Shown: piece after piece, positions 52,740 to 63,036 of the stretch
Layout: every line of letters starts with the position of its first letter
Position numbering within the stretch: the first letter of the stretch is position 1
Assembly (NCBI GenBank): GCA_031459855.1
Contig: JAVKHP010000001.1
Coordinates: forward strand, 1,993,078 to 2,057,077
Reading direction: 5' to 3'
Source of the DNA: Candidatus Fervidifonticultor primus
Lineage (GTDB): Bacteria > Sysuimicrobiota > Sysuimicrobiia > Sysuimicrobiales > Humicultoraceae
Length of the DNA stretch: 64,000 bases
Made by a program: the position numbers and the translations under genes
The notes under the pieces: model-generated
What the model was told of the DNA's origin: nothing
Seen by the model: only the letters and a program-made list of their open reading frames with translations
Database searches by the model: none

Positions 52740-53285
52740 GTGCAGCGGGGAGCGGGCGAGCGACGGAGAGGGGGCGTGCGGCGGGTCCTCCTCTGGGCCC
52801 TGGTACTCGTCGTCGCGGCGGTCGTGCTGTGGTGGACGCAGCTGCGGCCGCGCGAGGCGCGCGTCGAGGTGTTCTTCGTAGGGCCGGCCGACGGCGGCAC
52901 CACACTGGTGCCGGTCGCGCGCAGGGTGTCCGGGCGGCGAGCGGACGAGCTCCTGACGGCAGCGCTCGAGGCCCTGCTGGCCGGGCCCACACCGGAGGAA
53001 CGCGCCCGGGGCCTGGGCACCGAGATCCCCGCGGGCACGCGGCTGCGCGCGCTGCAGCTGCGCGAAGGAGTGGTGGTGGTCGACCTGAGCGGCGAGGTGG
53101 AACGCGGCGGCGGCGCGACCAGCATGCAGGCGCGGCTGTGGCAGCTGGTCTACACCGCCACCCAGCTACCGGATGCCCGGCAGGTCCGGCTCCTCATCGA
53201 CGGGGAGGCGCGACCGGCTCTGGGCGGTGAGGGGCTGGTGATCGATCGGCCCCTCGGGCGTCCGCCCGTGTTCCCCCGGTTCTGA
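52740..53285 (+). CDS. GerMN-domain protein (membrane-anchored)
   Basis: N-terminal anchor ...RRVLLWALVLVVAAVVLWW... then GerMN-like ...LTAALEALLAGPTPEERARGLGTEIPAGTRL...; GTG with GGGAGG 6 nt upstream (alternative GTG at 52776). Confidence 0.6.
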   Translation: MQRGAGERRRGGVRRVLLWALVLVVAAVVLWWTQLRPREARVEVFFVGPADGGTTLVPVARRVSGRRADELLTAALEALLAGPTPEERARGLGTEIPAGTRLRALQLREGVVVVDLSGEVERGGGATSMQARLWQLVYTATQLPDARQVRLLIDGEARPALGGEGLVIDRPLGRPPVFPRF

Positions 53286-53334
53286 ACCTTCACGCGTCCC
53301 CAAGGCGCGATCCCGGGGCCTTGAGCCTAAGGGT

Positions 53335-54657
53335 GTGCCCCGGGCCCTGCGGCGTCTGACATCAATCCGGGCAGGAGACGCGCGGGCTCCGCAGAACGTA
53401 GCGGAGGTCGTCGAGTGTACTACTGGGGAGTCGCCGGTGCCCCGCGAGGTCTTCGCCGAAGAGATCGAGACGTTCCTGGAGCGGCTGGACGCCGTCGCGG
53501 CCGCCCGCGTGGTGGCCAACGACGACGGCGAGATCGAGCGCATCTACGTCACCACGGAGTCGACGCGTGACGACGGCGTCATCCGGCGCGCCATCACCTC
53601 GGCGTTGATCAGCCAGTACGGGTTGCCGGTGGACAGCTGGCGGATCCAGGTGGCTCACCTCGAGCCGCAGCCGTCTCTCGAGCCGATTCCGCCCTGCCAC
53701 CTCGTCCGGCTGGAGGAGACCCTCACCGAAACCCTCGCCCGCGCCGTGGTCGAGTTGCGCTACGAGCGCGAGGGCGGACAGAAGACCGTCACCGGCGCGG
53801 CCCAGGCCCCGCCCGGGCAGGTGCACCGGCTGCGGACGGTGGCGCTGGCCACGCTGGAGGCGCTGCGGCCGCTGGCGGAGCGCGCGGGCTTGCGGCCGAC
53901 GCTGGAGGCGCTGACGCTGACGCCGTTTGGCGGCGCGACCGTGGCGCTGGCGGCGGTGTCGCTGGCCGCCGAGCGCGGCACGGTGCTCACGGTGGGCGCG
54001 GAGACCGTCGAGGCCAGCGAGGCCGAGGCCGTGGTGGCGGCCGTCGTGGACGCCGTCCGCAAGGCGCGGCGGGCGCGTCCGGGCCAGCGCCCGCGGCCCG
54101 ACCGGCGCCAGCAGGTCGAGGGGCTGCGACGGCACTACGAGCGGCTGCTCCGTCCCGAGGGTGCTACCGCTTCTCCCGCGCCCGCGGGCGAGGTGGCGGC
54201 CCAGGCCGGTGGCACGTGGGCGACTGCCGTCACCCTGGAGACGCCGCCAGCCGACCGTCCCGCCAGCCCGCACCCGGAAGAAGAGGAGTCCGCGCGGCCC
54301 TTCCCTGCCCCCGACGACGTCGTCAGTGACCTGCGCGAGATCCGTCCCGAACGTGAGGGAGGTGCAGCCACCGTGATGCGCGAGGAAGCACGGCCCGACG
54401 CCGCACCGGGCAGCCGGGCCACTGTGGGGCGGCTGTCCGTCGAGGACGCGTTCTACCGGCGTCTGGTGCTCTCGGGCGCGCCGGTCCACATTCGCTGCCG
54501 GGACGGCTACGAGATCCCGTCGGCGGTCGTGCGCGAGTACGGCACCTACAGCCTGATCGTCGAGGTCAACGGCGTGCAGGAGCTGCTCTTCAAGCACGGG
54601 ATCATCGCGATCCGGCCCCACGGCCCGCTGCCCTCCGATCCCGACGTCACCGCCTGA
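53335..54657 (+). CDS. Hypothetical 440-aa protein with C-terminal Hfq-like (Sm) domain
   Basis: C-terminal ...[60 protein letters not shown] aligns with Hfq (...QDQFLN...VTVFLLNG...LIYKHAISTFAP); high GC3 through the whole ORF supports one coding unit. N-terminal 350 aa unassigned. Confidence 0.45.
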   Translation: MPRALRRLTSIRAGDARAPQNVAEVVECTTGESPVPREVFAEEIETFLERLDAVAAARVVANDDGEIERIYVTTESTRDDGVIRRAITSALISQYGLPVDSWRIQVAHLEPQPSLEPIPPCHLVRLEETLTETLARAVVELRYEREGGQKTVTGAAQAPPGQVHRLRTVALATLEALRPLAERAGLRPTLEALTLTPFGGATVALAAVSLAAERGTVLTVGAETVEASEAEAVVAAVVDAVRKARRARPGQRPRPDRRQQVEGLRRHYERLLRPEGATASPAPAGEVAAQAGGTWATAVTLETPPADRPASPHPEEEESARPFPAPDDVVSDLREIRPEREGGAATVMREEARPDAAPGSRATVGRLSVEDAFYRRLVLSGAPVHIRCRDGYEIPSAVVREYGTYSLIVEVNGVQELLFKHGIIAIRPHGPLPSDPDVTA

Positions 54658-54679
54658 CCGGCGCGGGCACGGACGCGTC

Positions 54680-56227
54680 GTGCCGGGCGACCGCCTGGAG
54701 GACCTGCGCCGCCGCCGGGAGCGCATTCTCGCCATGGGCGGGCCCGACCGGGTCCGCCGCCAGCACGAGAGCGGCAAGCTCACGGCGCGTGAGCGCCTGG
54801 ACGTGCTGCTGGACCCCGGGTCGTTCGTCGAGCTCGACCCCTTCGTCACCCCGCGCGCCCGCGACTTCGGCCTGGACCGCGTGGAGGCCCCGGCCGACGG
54901 CGTCGTCACCGGGTGGGGCACGATCGACGGCAGGCCGGTGCACGTGTTCTCGCAGGACTTCACGGTGCTGGGCGGCTCGCTGGGCGAGGCGCACGCCGAG
55001 AAGATCTGCAAGGTCATGGACCTGGCCCTGCGCACCGGCACGCCCCTCATCGGGCTGAACGACTCGGGGGGCGCGCGCATCCAGGAAGGCGTGATGAGCC
55101 TGGGTGGGTACGCCGAGATCTTCTGGCGGAACACCCAGGCCAGTGGCGTCATCCCGCAGATCTCGGCCATCATGGGGCCCTGCGCGGGGGGCGCCGTCTA
55201 CTCGCCGGCCATCACCGACTTCGTCGTCATGGTGCGGGGCACGTCGTACATGTTCGTCACCGGGCCGCAGGTCGTGAAGGCCGTGACCCGCGAGGACGTC
55301 TCCTTCGAGGCGCTGGGCGGCGCCGACGTGCACGCCGCCCGCAGCGGCGTGGCGCACTTCGTCGCCGACGACGACGAGGCGGCGCTGGCGGTGATTCGTC
55401 GCCTGCTCGGCTTCCTGCCCTCCAACAACCTCGACGAGCCGCCGCGCCGGCCGTCCGGCGACGACCCGGCGCGGGCCGACCCCGCCCTCGACGATCTGGT
55501 GCCCGAGGACCCTGCCAAGCCCTACGACATGCACGAGGTGATCCGGCGCGTCGTCGACGATGGCGACTTCCTCGAGGTCCACGCGCAGTTCGCGCGCAAC
55601 CTGCTGTGCGGCTTCGCGCGGCTGGCGGGGCGGCCCGTGGGCGTGGTGGCGCAGCAGCCGGCGGTGCTGGCCGGGGTGCTCGACATCGACGCCTCGGTGA
55701 AGGGCGCACGGTTCGTCCGGTTCTGCGACGCGTTCAACCTGCCGCTGGTCACGTTCGTGGACGTCCCCGGCTTCCTGCCGGGCGTGGCGCAGGAGCACGG
55801 CGGCATCATCCGGCACGGGGCCAAGCTGCTCTACGCCTACTGCGAGGCCACGGTGCCCAAGCTGACGGTGATCACCCGCAAGGCCTACGGCGGCGCCTAC
55901 GACGTCATGGCCAGCAAGCACATTCGGGGTGACCTGAACCTCGCCTGGCCCACGGCCGAGATCGCCGTGATGGGGCCCGAGGGCGCCATCGACATCATCT
56001 TCCGCAAAGAGCTGGCCGAAGCCGACGATCCCGACGCGCGGCGGCGCGAGCTGGTCGCCGAGTACCGCGCGCAGTTCGCCACGCCCTACGTGGCGGCCGC
56101 CCGGGGGTACGTCGACGACGTCATCCCGCCGCGCGAGACGCGCCGCCGCCTGATCGCGGCCCTCGAGGTGCTGCACCGCAAGCGGGTCCAGGTGCCCCGC
56201 CGCAAGCACGGCAACATCCCCCTGTGA
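54680..56227 (+). CDS. Acyl-CoA carboxylase carboxyltransferase subunit (propionyl-CoA carboxylase beta-like)
   Basis: 515 aa; ...[30 protein letters not shown]... and ...[23 protein letters not shown]... carboxyltransferase motifs. Confidence 0.9.
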   Translation: MPGDRLEDLRRRRERILAMGGPDRVRRQHESGKLTARERLDVLLDPGSFVELDPFVTPRARDFGLDRVEAPADGVVTGWGTIDGRPVHVFSQDFTVLGGSLGEAHAEKICKVMDLALRTGTPLIGLNDSGGARIQEGVMSLGGYAEIFWRNTQASGVIPQISAIMGPCAGGAVYSPAITDFVVMVRGTSYMFVTGPQVVKAVTREDVSFEALGGADVHAARSGVAHFVADDDEAALAVIRRLLGFLPSNNLDEPPRRPSGDDPARADPALDDLVPEDPAKPYDMHEVIRRVVDDGDFLEVHAQFARNLLCGFARLAGRPVGVVAQQPAVLAGVLDIDASVKGARFVRFCDAFNLPLVTFVDVPGFLPGVAQEHGGIIRHGAKLLYAYCEATVPKLTVITRKAYGGAYDVMASKHIRGDLNLAWPTAEIAVMGPEGAIDIIFRKELAEADDPDARRRELVAEYRAQFATPYVAAARGYVDDVIPPRETRRRLIAALEVLHRKRVQVPRRKHGNIPL

Positions 56228-56314
56228 GCCGCACCGGCCGGTGCGCCCTGCCGGCTCACCGGCCCGCGGGCGAGGAGTCCCCCCGGCGCAGGTGGAATTC
56301 CTCACCTGACGCCC

Positions 56315-56833
56315 GTGCGAGCGCTTGCGCCCATGACGCTGGAACCCGTCGCTGCTGGCGACCCCCGCTTCCGCGACTGGCTGCGCCGGTACCGCGAGGA
56401 AATCACCGGCGAGCCCCCGCCCGAAGGGTGGCTGGACCGCTACCTGCAGGTGCTCTTCGCCGACCAGGGCACGCGGCGGTTCATCTGGTGGGGCGTGGAC
56501 AACGGGCGCAAGGTGGGCTTCGCGGTGGCGGTCCTCACCCGGCACTGGGCCGACCAGTCGCGCACCGTGGGGCAGATCGGCGAGTTCTTCATCTACCCCG
56601 AGTTTCGCCGCGAGGGCCGGGGACGCAAGCTGGCGCAGGCAGTCATCGACTGGCTGCAGCAGCACGGCGCCGACGAGATCCAGTCGGGCGTCGTGGCCGG
56701 CAACCTGCGCGGCCTGCGCTTCTGGGAAGCCTGCGGGTTCCAGATCGCCCGCTACTCGCTGGTGTACCGGCCGGATCGCCCGCGCGCCCCCGACGAGGAC
56801 GACGAAGACGACGAGGAGCGGGACGACGCGTGA
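56315..56833 (+). CDS. GNAT-family N-acetyltransferase
   Basis: ...IGEFFIYPEFRREGRGRKLAQAVIDWL... acetyl-CoA-binding motif; acidic C-terminal tail. Confidence 0.75.
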   Translation: MRALAPMTLEPVAAGDPRFRDWLRRYREEITGEPPPEGWLDRYLQVLFADQGTRRFIWWGVDNGRKVGFAVAVLTRHWADQSRTVGQIGEFFIYPEFRREGRGRKLAQAVIDWLQQHGADEIQSGVVAGNLRGLRFWEACGFQIARYSLVYRPDRPRAPDEDDEDDEERDDA

Positions 56834-56843
56834 GCGGGGCGCG

Positions 56844-58313
56844 ATGCGGCCCATCCGTCGCCTGCTGATCGCCAACCGGGGAGAGATCGCGGTGCGCGTG
56901 GTTCGCGCGTGCCGCGAGCTGGGGATCGCGCCGCTCGCCGTGTACGCGCCGGTGGATGCCGACGCGCCGCACGTGCGGATGGCCGATGCGGCCCTGCCGT
57001 TGCCCGGCGACGCCCCCGCCGACAGCTACCTGAACCTGTCTCTGCTCGTCGAGCTCGCCCGCCGTGCCGGCGCCGACGCGGTGCACCCGGGCTACGGGTT
57101 CCTGGCCGAGAACCCGGCCTTCGCGGCCGCGTGCGAGGCCGCCGGGCTGGTGTTCGTGGGACCGCCGTCGGCCGTGCTGGCCCGCTGCGGCGACAAGGCC
57201 GCCGCGCGCGCCGCCGCCGCGGCGGCTGGGGTTCCGGTACTGCCGGGGACCGGGCCGGTGACCGACGACGAGGCTGTGCGCGCGGCCGCCGCGCTGGGGT
57301 TCCCGCTGCTCATCAAGGCGGTGGGCGGGGGCGGGGGGAAGGGCATCCACCACGTGGCGGCGCCCGAGGCGCTGCCGGCCGCCCTGCGGCTGGCCCGCGG
57401 CGAGGCGCAGGCAGCCTTCGGCGATCCCCGGGTCTACCTCGAGCGATGGCTGACCGCCCCGCGCCACGTGGAGGTCCAGGTGCTGGCCGATGCTGCGGGC
57501 CACGTCGTGCACCTGGGTGAGCGTGCGTGCTCGGTGCAGCGACGGCACCAGAAGCTGATCGAGGAGGCGCCGGCGCCCGGCGTGGATCCGGCGCTGCGGG
57601 CGGCCCTGGGCGAGGCCGCGGTGGCGGTGGCGCGCGCGCTGGAGTACCGGGGTGCCGGGACCATGGAGTTCCTGCTGGAGGGCGACCGCTTCTACTTCAT
57701 CGAGGTGAACGCCCGCATCCAGGTCGAGCACCCGGTGACCGAGGCGGTGACCGGGTGCGATCTGGTGGCCTGGCAGCTCCGCCTGGCCGGCGGGGAGCCC
57801 CTCGACTTCCAGCAGGCCGACGTGACCTGGCGGGGGGCGGCGCTCGAGTGCCGTATCAGCGCCGAAGACCCCCACGCGCAGTTCCTGCCATCGCTGGGCG
57901 CCATCGACGGGCTGGCCGAGCCCGCGGGGCCCGGCATCCGGGTGGACAGTGGCCTGTGGGTCGGCCAGCGGGTCTCGCGCCACTACGACCCGCTGCTCGC
58001 GAAGGTCGTCGCGTGGGGGCCGAGCCGCGAGGTGGCGCTGGCCCGCATGCGATGTGCCCTGCGCGAGTACTACATCTCGGGAGTCGACACGACGATTCCC
58101 TTTCACCTGTGGGCGTTGGACCAGCCGGCGTTTTGCGCCGGCGTCTACGACGTGCGGTTCGCCGAGCACTGGGACGGCGGTGGCGCGCTCGACGAGACCG
58201 CCGTGCTCGCCGCGGCCGCGTGGTACTCCCGGCGCCTGCGGACGCCGCGGTTGCCCGCCGACGGTGCGGGCGAGCGCTGGGCCGCAACGGCCCGCCTGGA
58301 GGCCCTGCGATGA
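56844..58313 (+). CDS. Biotin carboxylase (acetyl/propionyl-CoA carboxylase alpha-type, ATP-grasp)
   Basis: ...RLLIANRGEIAVRVVRAC..., ...LLIKAVGGGGGKGI..., ...MEFLLEGDRFYFIEVNARIQVEHPVTE... Confidence 0.9.
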   Translation: MRPIRRLLIANRGEIAVRVVRACRELGIAPLAVYAPVDADAPHVRMADAALPLPGDAPADSYLNLSLLVELARRAGADAVHPGYGFLAENPAFAAACEAAGLVFVGPPSAVLARCGDKAAARAAAAAAGVPVLPGTGPVTDDEAVRAAAALGFPLLIKAVGGGGGKGIHHVAAPEALPAALRLARGEAQAAFGDPRVYLERWLTAPRHVEVQVLADAAGHVVHLGERACSVQRRHQKLIEEAPAPGVDPALRAALGEAAVAVARALEYRGAGTMEFLLEGDRFYFIEVNARIQVEHPVTEAVTGCDLVAWQLRLAGGEPLDFQQADVTWRGAALECRISAEDPHAQFLPSLGAIDGLAEPAGPGIRVDSGLWVGQRVSRHYDPLLAKVVAWGPSREVALARMRCALREYYISGVDTTIPFHLWALDQPAFCAGVYDVRFAEHWDGGGALDETAVLAAAAWYSRRLRTPRLPADGAGERWAATARLEALR

Positions 58314-58837
58314 TCCTCGAGGTCGCCCTGGGCGGGCGCCGCCACACGGTGGCCGTGACGGAGGACGCCGATGGCATGGTCGTCGCCTGGGACGGGACCC
58401 GTCGACACGTGCGGCTGGCACCCCTCGTGGGCTCCGAATGGTGGCGGCTGGAGGTCGACGGGCGGCGCTATGATGTGCGCCTTCAGCCTTACGACGATGG
58501 CGTGCGGGTGACGGTGGGCGCGTCGCGGGCCGAGGTGCTCGTGCGGCGGGCGCTGCCGGTACCGTCGCGGCGGGCACGCGACCCCGCGGTGGCCACGGCG
58601 GTCGAGGTGCGTGCGCCGATGCCGGGGCTGGTCGTCGCCACGCCGCTGGCCGCGGGGCAGCCGGTGGCGGCGGGCCAGGCGGTCGTCGTCGTCGAAGCCA
58701 TGAAGATGCAGATGGAGGTACCGGCGCCCGTCTCGGGGCAGGTCGCCGAGGTGCGGGTGCGGCCCGGCCAGGAAGTGACCGGCTCCCAGGTGCTGGTGGT
58801 GCTGCACACGGGGCCGGGCGCCGGGGAGAGCCGATGA
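58310..58837 (+). CDS. Biotin carboxyl carrier protein (biotinyl domain)
   Basis: C-terminal ...[28 protein letters not shown]... biotinyl-lysine motif; ATG overlaps biotin carboxylase stop (ATGA). Confidence 0.8.
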   Translation: MILEVALGGRRHTVAVTEDADGMVVAWDGTRRHVRLAPLVGSEWWRLEVDGRRYDVRLQPYDDGVRVTVGASRAEVLVRRALPVPSRRARDPAVATAVEVRAPMPGLVVATPLAAGQPVAAGQAVVVVEAMKMQMEVPAPVSGQVAEVRVRPGQEVTGSQVLVVLHTGPGAGESR

Positions 58838-60426
58838 GCGACCAGGTCCGGCAGGTGACAACGACCGACGGCATGCCGCTGGCCGTCGTGTACGGCCCCG
58901 ACGACGCGCGCATCGACTACGCCCGCGACCTGGGCGCGCCCGGCCAGTTCCCCTTCACGCGGGGCATCTACCCCACCATGTACCGCGGTCGGCTGTGGAC
59001 GATGCGTCAGTACGCCGGCTACGGCACGGCGGAGGAATCCAACCGCCGCTTCCACTACCTGTTGGACCAGGGTCAGACCGGCCTCTCGATCGCGTTCGAC
59101 CTCCCCACCCAGATGGGCTACGACTCCGACCACCCCCTGGCCGAGCCCGAGGTCGGCAAGGTCGGCGTCGCCATCGACTCCCTGGCCGACATGGAGGTCC
59201 TGCTGGAAGGCATTCCCCTCGACCGGGTGTCGACCTCCATGACCATCAACGCCACGGCGGCGATCCTGCTGGCGATGTACGTGGCCGTGGCGCGCAAACA
59301 GGGCGTGCCACCCGACCGCATCGCCGGGACCACGCAGAACGACATCCTCAAGGAGTACGTCGCCCGCGGCACTTACATCTACCCCCCGGGCCCGTCCCTG
59401 CGCCTGGTCACCGACCTGTGTGCCTACTGCGTGCGCTTCCTGCCCCGCTGGAATCCCATCAGCATCAGCGGCTACCACATCCGGGAGGCTGGCGCCACGG
59501 CCGCGCAGGAGGTGGCTTTCACGCTGGCCAACGGGCTGACCTACTTCCAGGCCGCGGTGGACGCTGGGCTGGACCCCGACGAGATCGGCCCGCGGCTGTC
59601 GTTCTTCTTCGCAGCCCAGATGCCGCTGCTCGAGGAAGTGGCGAAGTTCCGCGCGGCGCGTCGGCTGTGGGCGCGCCTGGTGCGCGAGCGGTTCGCCCCG
59701 GCCGATCTCCGGGCGGCGATGTTGCGGTTCCACACCCAGACCGCCGGTGCAGCCCTGACGGCCCAGCAGCCCGAGAACAACGTGGTCCGGGTGACCGTGC
59801 AGGCGCTGGCCGCGGTGCTGGGCGGGACACAGTCGTTGCACACCAATGCCCGCGACGAGGCGCTGGGCCTTCCCACCGAGGAGGCGGCGCTGCTGGCCCT
59901 GCGCACACAGCAGATCCTGGCCTACGAGACCGACGTGGCGGCCACGGTCGATCCCCTGGCCGGGGCCTACGTGATCGAGCACCTCACCGACGCCATCGAA
60001 CGCCAGGCCCGCGAGCGGATCCGGCAGGTGGAAGCCGCGGGCGGGGTGCTGCGGGCGATCGAGGCGGGGGTGATCCAGCGCGAGATCGCCGAGAGCGCTT
60101 TCCGCGAGGCCCAGGCCATAGAACGGGGGGACAAGGTGGTAGTCGGCGTCAATCGGTTCCAGAGCGCGTCGCCGGTGCGCGTCGCGACGTTGCGCGTCGA
60201 CCCCGCGGTGGTGGCGCGCCAGCAGGCGCGGCTGCGGCAGGTGCGCGCCGGCCGCGACGCCGCCGCGGTCCGGGGGGCCCTGCGCCGCCTGGAGGAGGCG
60301 GCGCGGGGCACTGACAACCTCATGCCCCCCATCCTCGAGGCCGTGGAGGCCTACGCCACCATCGGCGAGCTGTGCGACGTGCTGCGGCGCGTGTTCTCCA
60401 CCTACCGGCCGCCCGTGGTGGTGTGA
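58834..60426 (+). CDS. Methylmalonyl-CoA mutase large (catalytic) subunit, no B12-binding domain
   Basis: ...[61 protein letters not shown]... substrate-binding barrel; 530 aa ends before any DxHxxG B12 domain. Confidence 0.9.
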   Translation: MSDQVRQVTTTDGMPLAVVYGPDDARIDYARDLGAPGQFPFTRGIYPTMYRGRLWTMRQYAGYGTAEESNRRFHYLLDQGQTGLSIAFDLPTQMGYDSDHPLAEPEVGKVGVAIDSLADMEVLLEGIPLDRVSTSMTINATAAILLAMYVAVARKQGVPPDRIAGTTQNDILKEYVARGTYIYPPGPSLRLVTDLCAYCVRFLPRWNPISISGYHIREAGATAAQEVAFTLANGLTYFQAAVDAGLDPDEIGPRLSFFFAAQMPLLEEVAKFRAARRLWARLVRERFAPADLRAAMLRFHTQTAGAALTAQQPENNVVRVTVQALAAVLGGTQSLHTNARDEALGLPTEEAALLALRTQQILAYETDVAATVDPLAGAYVIEHLTDAIERQARERIRQVEAAGGVLRAIEAGVIQREIAESAFREAQAIERGDKVVVGVNRFQSASPVRVATLRVDPAVVARQQARLRQVRAGRDAAAVRGALRRLEEAARGTDNLMPPILEAVEAYATIGELCDVLRRVFSTYRPPVVV

Positions 60427-61373
60427 GCGCGCCGCTGGCCCGCCAGCTCGTGGCCGCCGTGCTGGCCGGGTCGGCCCAGGCGGTCGCCCGGCTCATCTCG
60501 CTGGTCGAGAACGACGGCGCGGCGGCGCAAGACGCGAGGGCGGCCCTGCATCGGCACACGGGCCGGGCCCACGTGGTGGGCATCACCGGACCGCCGGGGT
60601 CGGGCAAGAGCACCCTGGTCAACGCCGCGATCCGGGCGTTGCGCCAGGCCGGACAGCGGGTGGGTGTGGTCGCCATCGACCCCACCAGCCCGTTCACCGG
60701 CGGCGCGCTGCTCGGCGACCGCATCCGCATGATGGATCACAGCACCGACCCCGAGGTGTTTGTGCGCTCGATGGCGACCCGCGGCAGCCTCGGGGGGCTG
60801 GCACCGGCGACCAGCGATGCCGTGGCGATCCTCGACGCATGGGGCGCGGCCACGGTGCTGGTGGAGACGGTCGGCACCGGCCAGGCCGAGGTGGACGTCG
60901 TCTCCGCGAGTGATTCGGTCGTCGTGGTGGCGGTGCCGGGAACGGGCGACGCCATCCAGACCCTGAAAGCGGGCGTGATGGAGATCGCCGACCTGTTCGT
61001 CGTGAACAAGGCCGACCGCCCCGATGCCAGCCGGCTCGTGGCCGATCTGGAGATGGCGGTGCGCCTGCTGCCCGCGGGCGGCTGGCGCCCGCCGGTGCTC
61101 ACCACCGTGGCCACGACAGGGGAGGGGGTCGATGCCGTGCTGGCCGCCCTGGCTGAGCACCGCCGCCACCTGGAACAGACCGGTGCGCTGCAGGCCCGGC
61201 GGCGCGCCCGCTGGCGGCGCGAGATCCTGCGCATCGCCGAGGGGCGGATGCGCGCGCGCCTGCTGGAGGACGCTGGCCCGCTGCTGGAGGAGCTGGCGGC
61301 CCGCGTGGCCGCGGGCGACCTCGATCCCTATGCGGCGGCCGAGCGGCTGCTGCAGGCCGGCACGCCACACTAG
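60423..61373 (+). CDS. meaB: Methylmalonyl-CoA mutase-associated GTPase (MeaB/ArgK)
   Basis: ...[15 protein letters not shown]..., ...[15 protein letters not shown]..., ...FVVNKADR...; GTG overlaps mutase stop (GTGA). Confidence 0.9.
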   Translation: MSAPLARQLVAAVLAGSAQAVARLISLVENDGAAAQDARAALHRHTGRAHVVGITGPPGSGKSTLVNAAIRALRQAGQRVGVVAIDPTSPFTGGALLGDRIRMMDHSTDPEVFVRSMATRGSLGGLAPATSDAVAILDAWGAATVLVETVGTGQAEVDVVSASDSVVVVAVPGTGDAIQTLKAGVMEIADLFVVNKADRPDASRLVADLEMAVRLLPAGGWRPPVLTTVATTGEGVDAVLAALAEHRRHLEQTGALQARRRARWRREILRIAEGRMRARLLEDAGPLLEELAARVAAGDLDPYAAAERLLQAGTPH

Positions 61374-61376
61374 GCC

Positions 61377-61778
61377 GTGCGGCTGCACCACGTGGGCATC
61401 GCCGTCCGAGACCTCGAGGCGGCTGCGCGGGTCTATCGCGAGGCGTTTGGCCTCCAGCCCGGGGTCCCCGAGCGCGTCGAGCGCGACGCCGTCGCGGTGC
61501 TGTTCGTCCCGGCAGGTGGGGTCCTGCTGGAGCTGCTGCAGCCGCTGGACGAGGACGGACCGGTCGCGCGATTCCTCGCACGGCGTGGGGAAGGCGTGCA
61601 CCACGTGGCCTTTGCGGTGCCCGACGTGGCCGCAGCCCTGGACCGGGCGCGCGCTGCCGGGATGCGCCCGGTAGACGCTGCGCCCCGCCCCGGCGCCCAT
61701 GGCTGGTGGGTCGCCTTCCTCCACCCACGCGACCTGCACGGCGTGCTCGTGGAGCTGGTGGAGGACCCGGGCGCGTAG
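61377..61778 (+). CDS. Methylmalonyl-CoA epimerase (VOC/glyoxalase family)
   Basis: ...LHHVGIAVRDLEAAARVY... and ...HHVAFAVPDVAAAL... VOC motifs; 133 aa. Confidence 0.8.
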   Translation: MRLHHVGIAVRDLEAAARVYREAFGLQPGVPERVERDAVAVLFVPAGGVLLELLQPLDEDGPVARFLARRGEGVHHVAFAVPDVAAALDRARAAGMRPVDAAPRPGAHGWWVAFLHPRDLHGVLVELVEDPGA

Positions 61779-61850
61779 CGCGTCACCGAAAAGCGAGCGC
61801 CCGCCGCGGAGCGACCACGGCGGAGGACCCGGCCGCGTAGCGCGTCACCG
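61760..61850. repeat. 29-bp direct repeat (two copies, 1 mismatch) duplicating the epimerase 3' end including its stop
   Basis: GGAGGACCCGG[G/C]CGCGTAGCGCGTCACCG at about 61760-61788 and 61822-61850. Confidence 0.5.
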
Positions 61851-62022
61851 CCGCCGCCCTTGCGCGACCCCCAAGAGTTCTCTACACTATTGATCAGTTT
61901 CCGCACCCCGACGACGCACGCACGTACCCGGACCTGCGGCGCACAACGCACCGCGGCGCAGTCCTACGGCCTGCCGGCGCCATGGCGGCGCGGGGCCATC
62001 CTGATCGACAGCCCGAAGGGAG

Positions 62023-63036
62023 GTGAGAGGCGTGAGCGCTTCTCTGCGACGCATCGGGCTGGCATGGCTGCTCTGCACCGCCGTCACCACCGTGGCCACG
62101 GCGGCCGTTGCCGACGCCTGGAGGGCCGTCGTCGTTGCCACCCCCGATCCGCGCCTCGTGCTGACCTGGCGCGGTACGGTGGGGGAAGTGCTCGCCGATC
62201 TCGGGGTCCGGGTGGGAGCCCAGGACCGCGTCAGCCCGGCTCTGGGCGCTCCGGTGGCCTCGGGCGCGGCGATCCGCGTGCGTCGGGCGGTGCCCGTGAC
62301 GATCGCGGTGGGGCAGGCGCGGTACCGCGTGTGGAGCGCGGCAGAGACCGTGGGCGACCTCCTCGCCGAGCGCCCGGGGGGACTGGTCGTACGGCCCCGC
62401 GATCGGGTCTTTCCCGCCCGCGAGGCCGCCCTGGCCGCGCACACGGTCGTCCGGGTGATCCGCGTCGAAACACGAATCGTCGAGGAGACCGAACGGGTGG
62501 CCCCGGGACGGGTGGTGCGCGCAGACAGCGACCTGCCGCGGGGGCTGGCGCGCGTCGTGCAGGTCGGCCGTCCAGGGATACGTCTGCGTCGCGTGGCCGT
62601 CACCCTCGCGGACGGCGTCGTCATCGAGCGGCGCGAGGTGGGCAGGGTGCTCGTGCAGCCCCCGCAGGACCGGATCGTGCACGTCGGGACCCGGCGCATG
62701 ATCGCCTCGCGCGGCGAGTTCGTCGGCAGGGAGATCCTCCACATGGAAGCCACCGGGTACGCGCCGTGGACCGGCCCCGGGGTGGACGATGTCACCGCCA
62801 CGGGCATGCGCGCCGGCTACGGGGTCGTGGCCGTCGATCCAGCGGTGATCCCGTTGGGGTCGCGGCTCTACATCGAGGGCTACGGCGTCGCCATCGCGGG
62901 CGACACCGGGGGCGCCATCAAGGGCTACCGCATCGACCTGGGCTTCGACACGGCCCGGGCAGCGATCCGGTTCGGCCGACGCACGGTGCGCGTCTACATC
63001 CTGTCCACCCCGACGGCGTCCCGTCCATCACGTTGA
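62023..63036 (+). CDS. YabE-like secreted protein with G5 and 3D (RlpA-like) domains
   Basis: Signal/anchor ...IGLAWLLCTAVTTVATAAV..., G5-like ...ETRIVEETERVAPGRVVRADSDLPRGLARVVQVGRPGIR..., C-terminal 3D ...GVVAVDPAVIPLGSRLYIEGYGVAIAGDTGGAIKGYRIDL...; GTG at 62032 with AAGGGAGG upstream is an alternative start. Confidence 0.7.
   Translation: MRGVSASLRRIGLAWLLCTAVTTVATAAVADAWRAVVVATPDPRLVLTWRGTVGEVLADLGVRVGAQDRVSPALGAPVASGAAIRVRRAVPVTIAVGQARYRVWSAAETVGDLLAERPGGLVVRPRDRVFPAREAALAAHTVVRVIRVETRIVEETERVAPGRVVRADSDLPRGLARVVQVGRPGIRLRRVAVTLADGVVIERREVGRVLVQPPQDRIVHVGTRRMIASRGEFVGREILHMEATGYAPWTGPGVDDVTATGMRAGYGVVAVDPAVIPLGSRLYIEGYGVAIAGDTGGAIKGYRIDLGFDTARAAIRFGRRTVRVYILSTPTASRPSR

Noticed and set aside
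53362-58913. Minus-strand ORFs 53362..55173, 54647..56875, 56643..58913
   Set aside because: Antisense to the Hfq-like, carboxyltransferase and biotin carboxylase genes, which have strong motif support on the plus strand.
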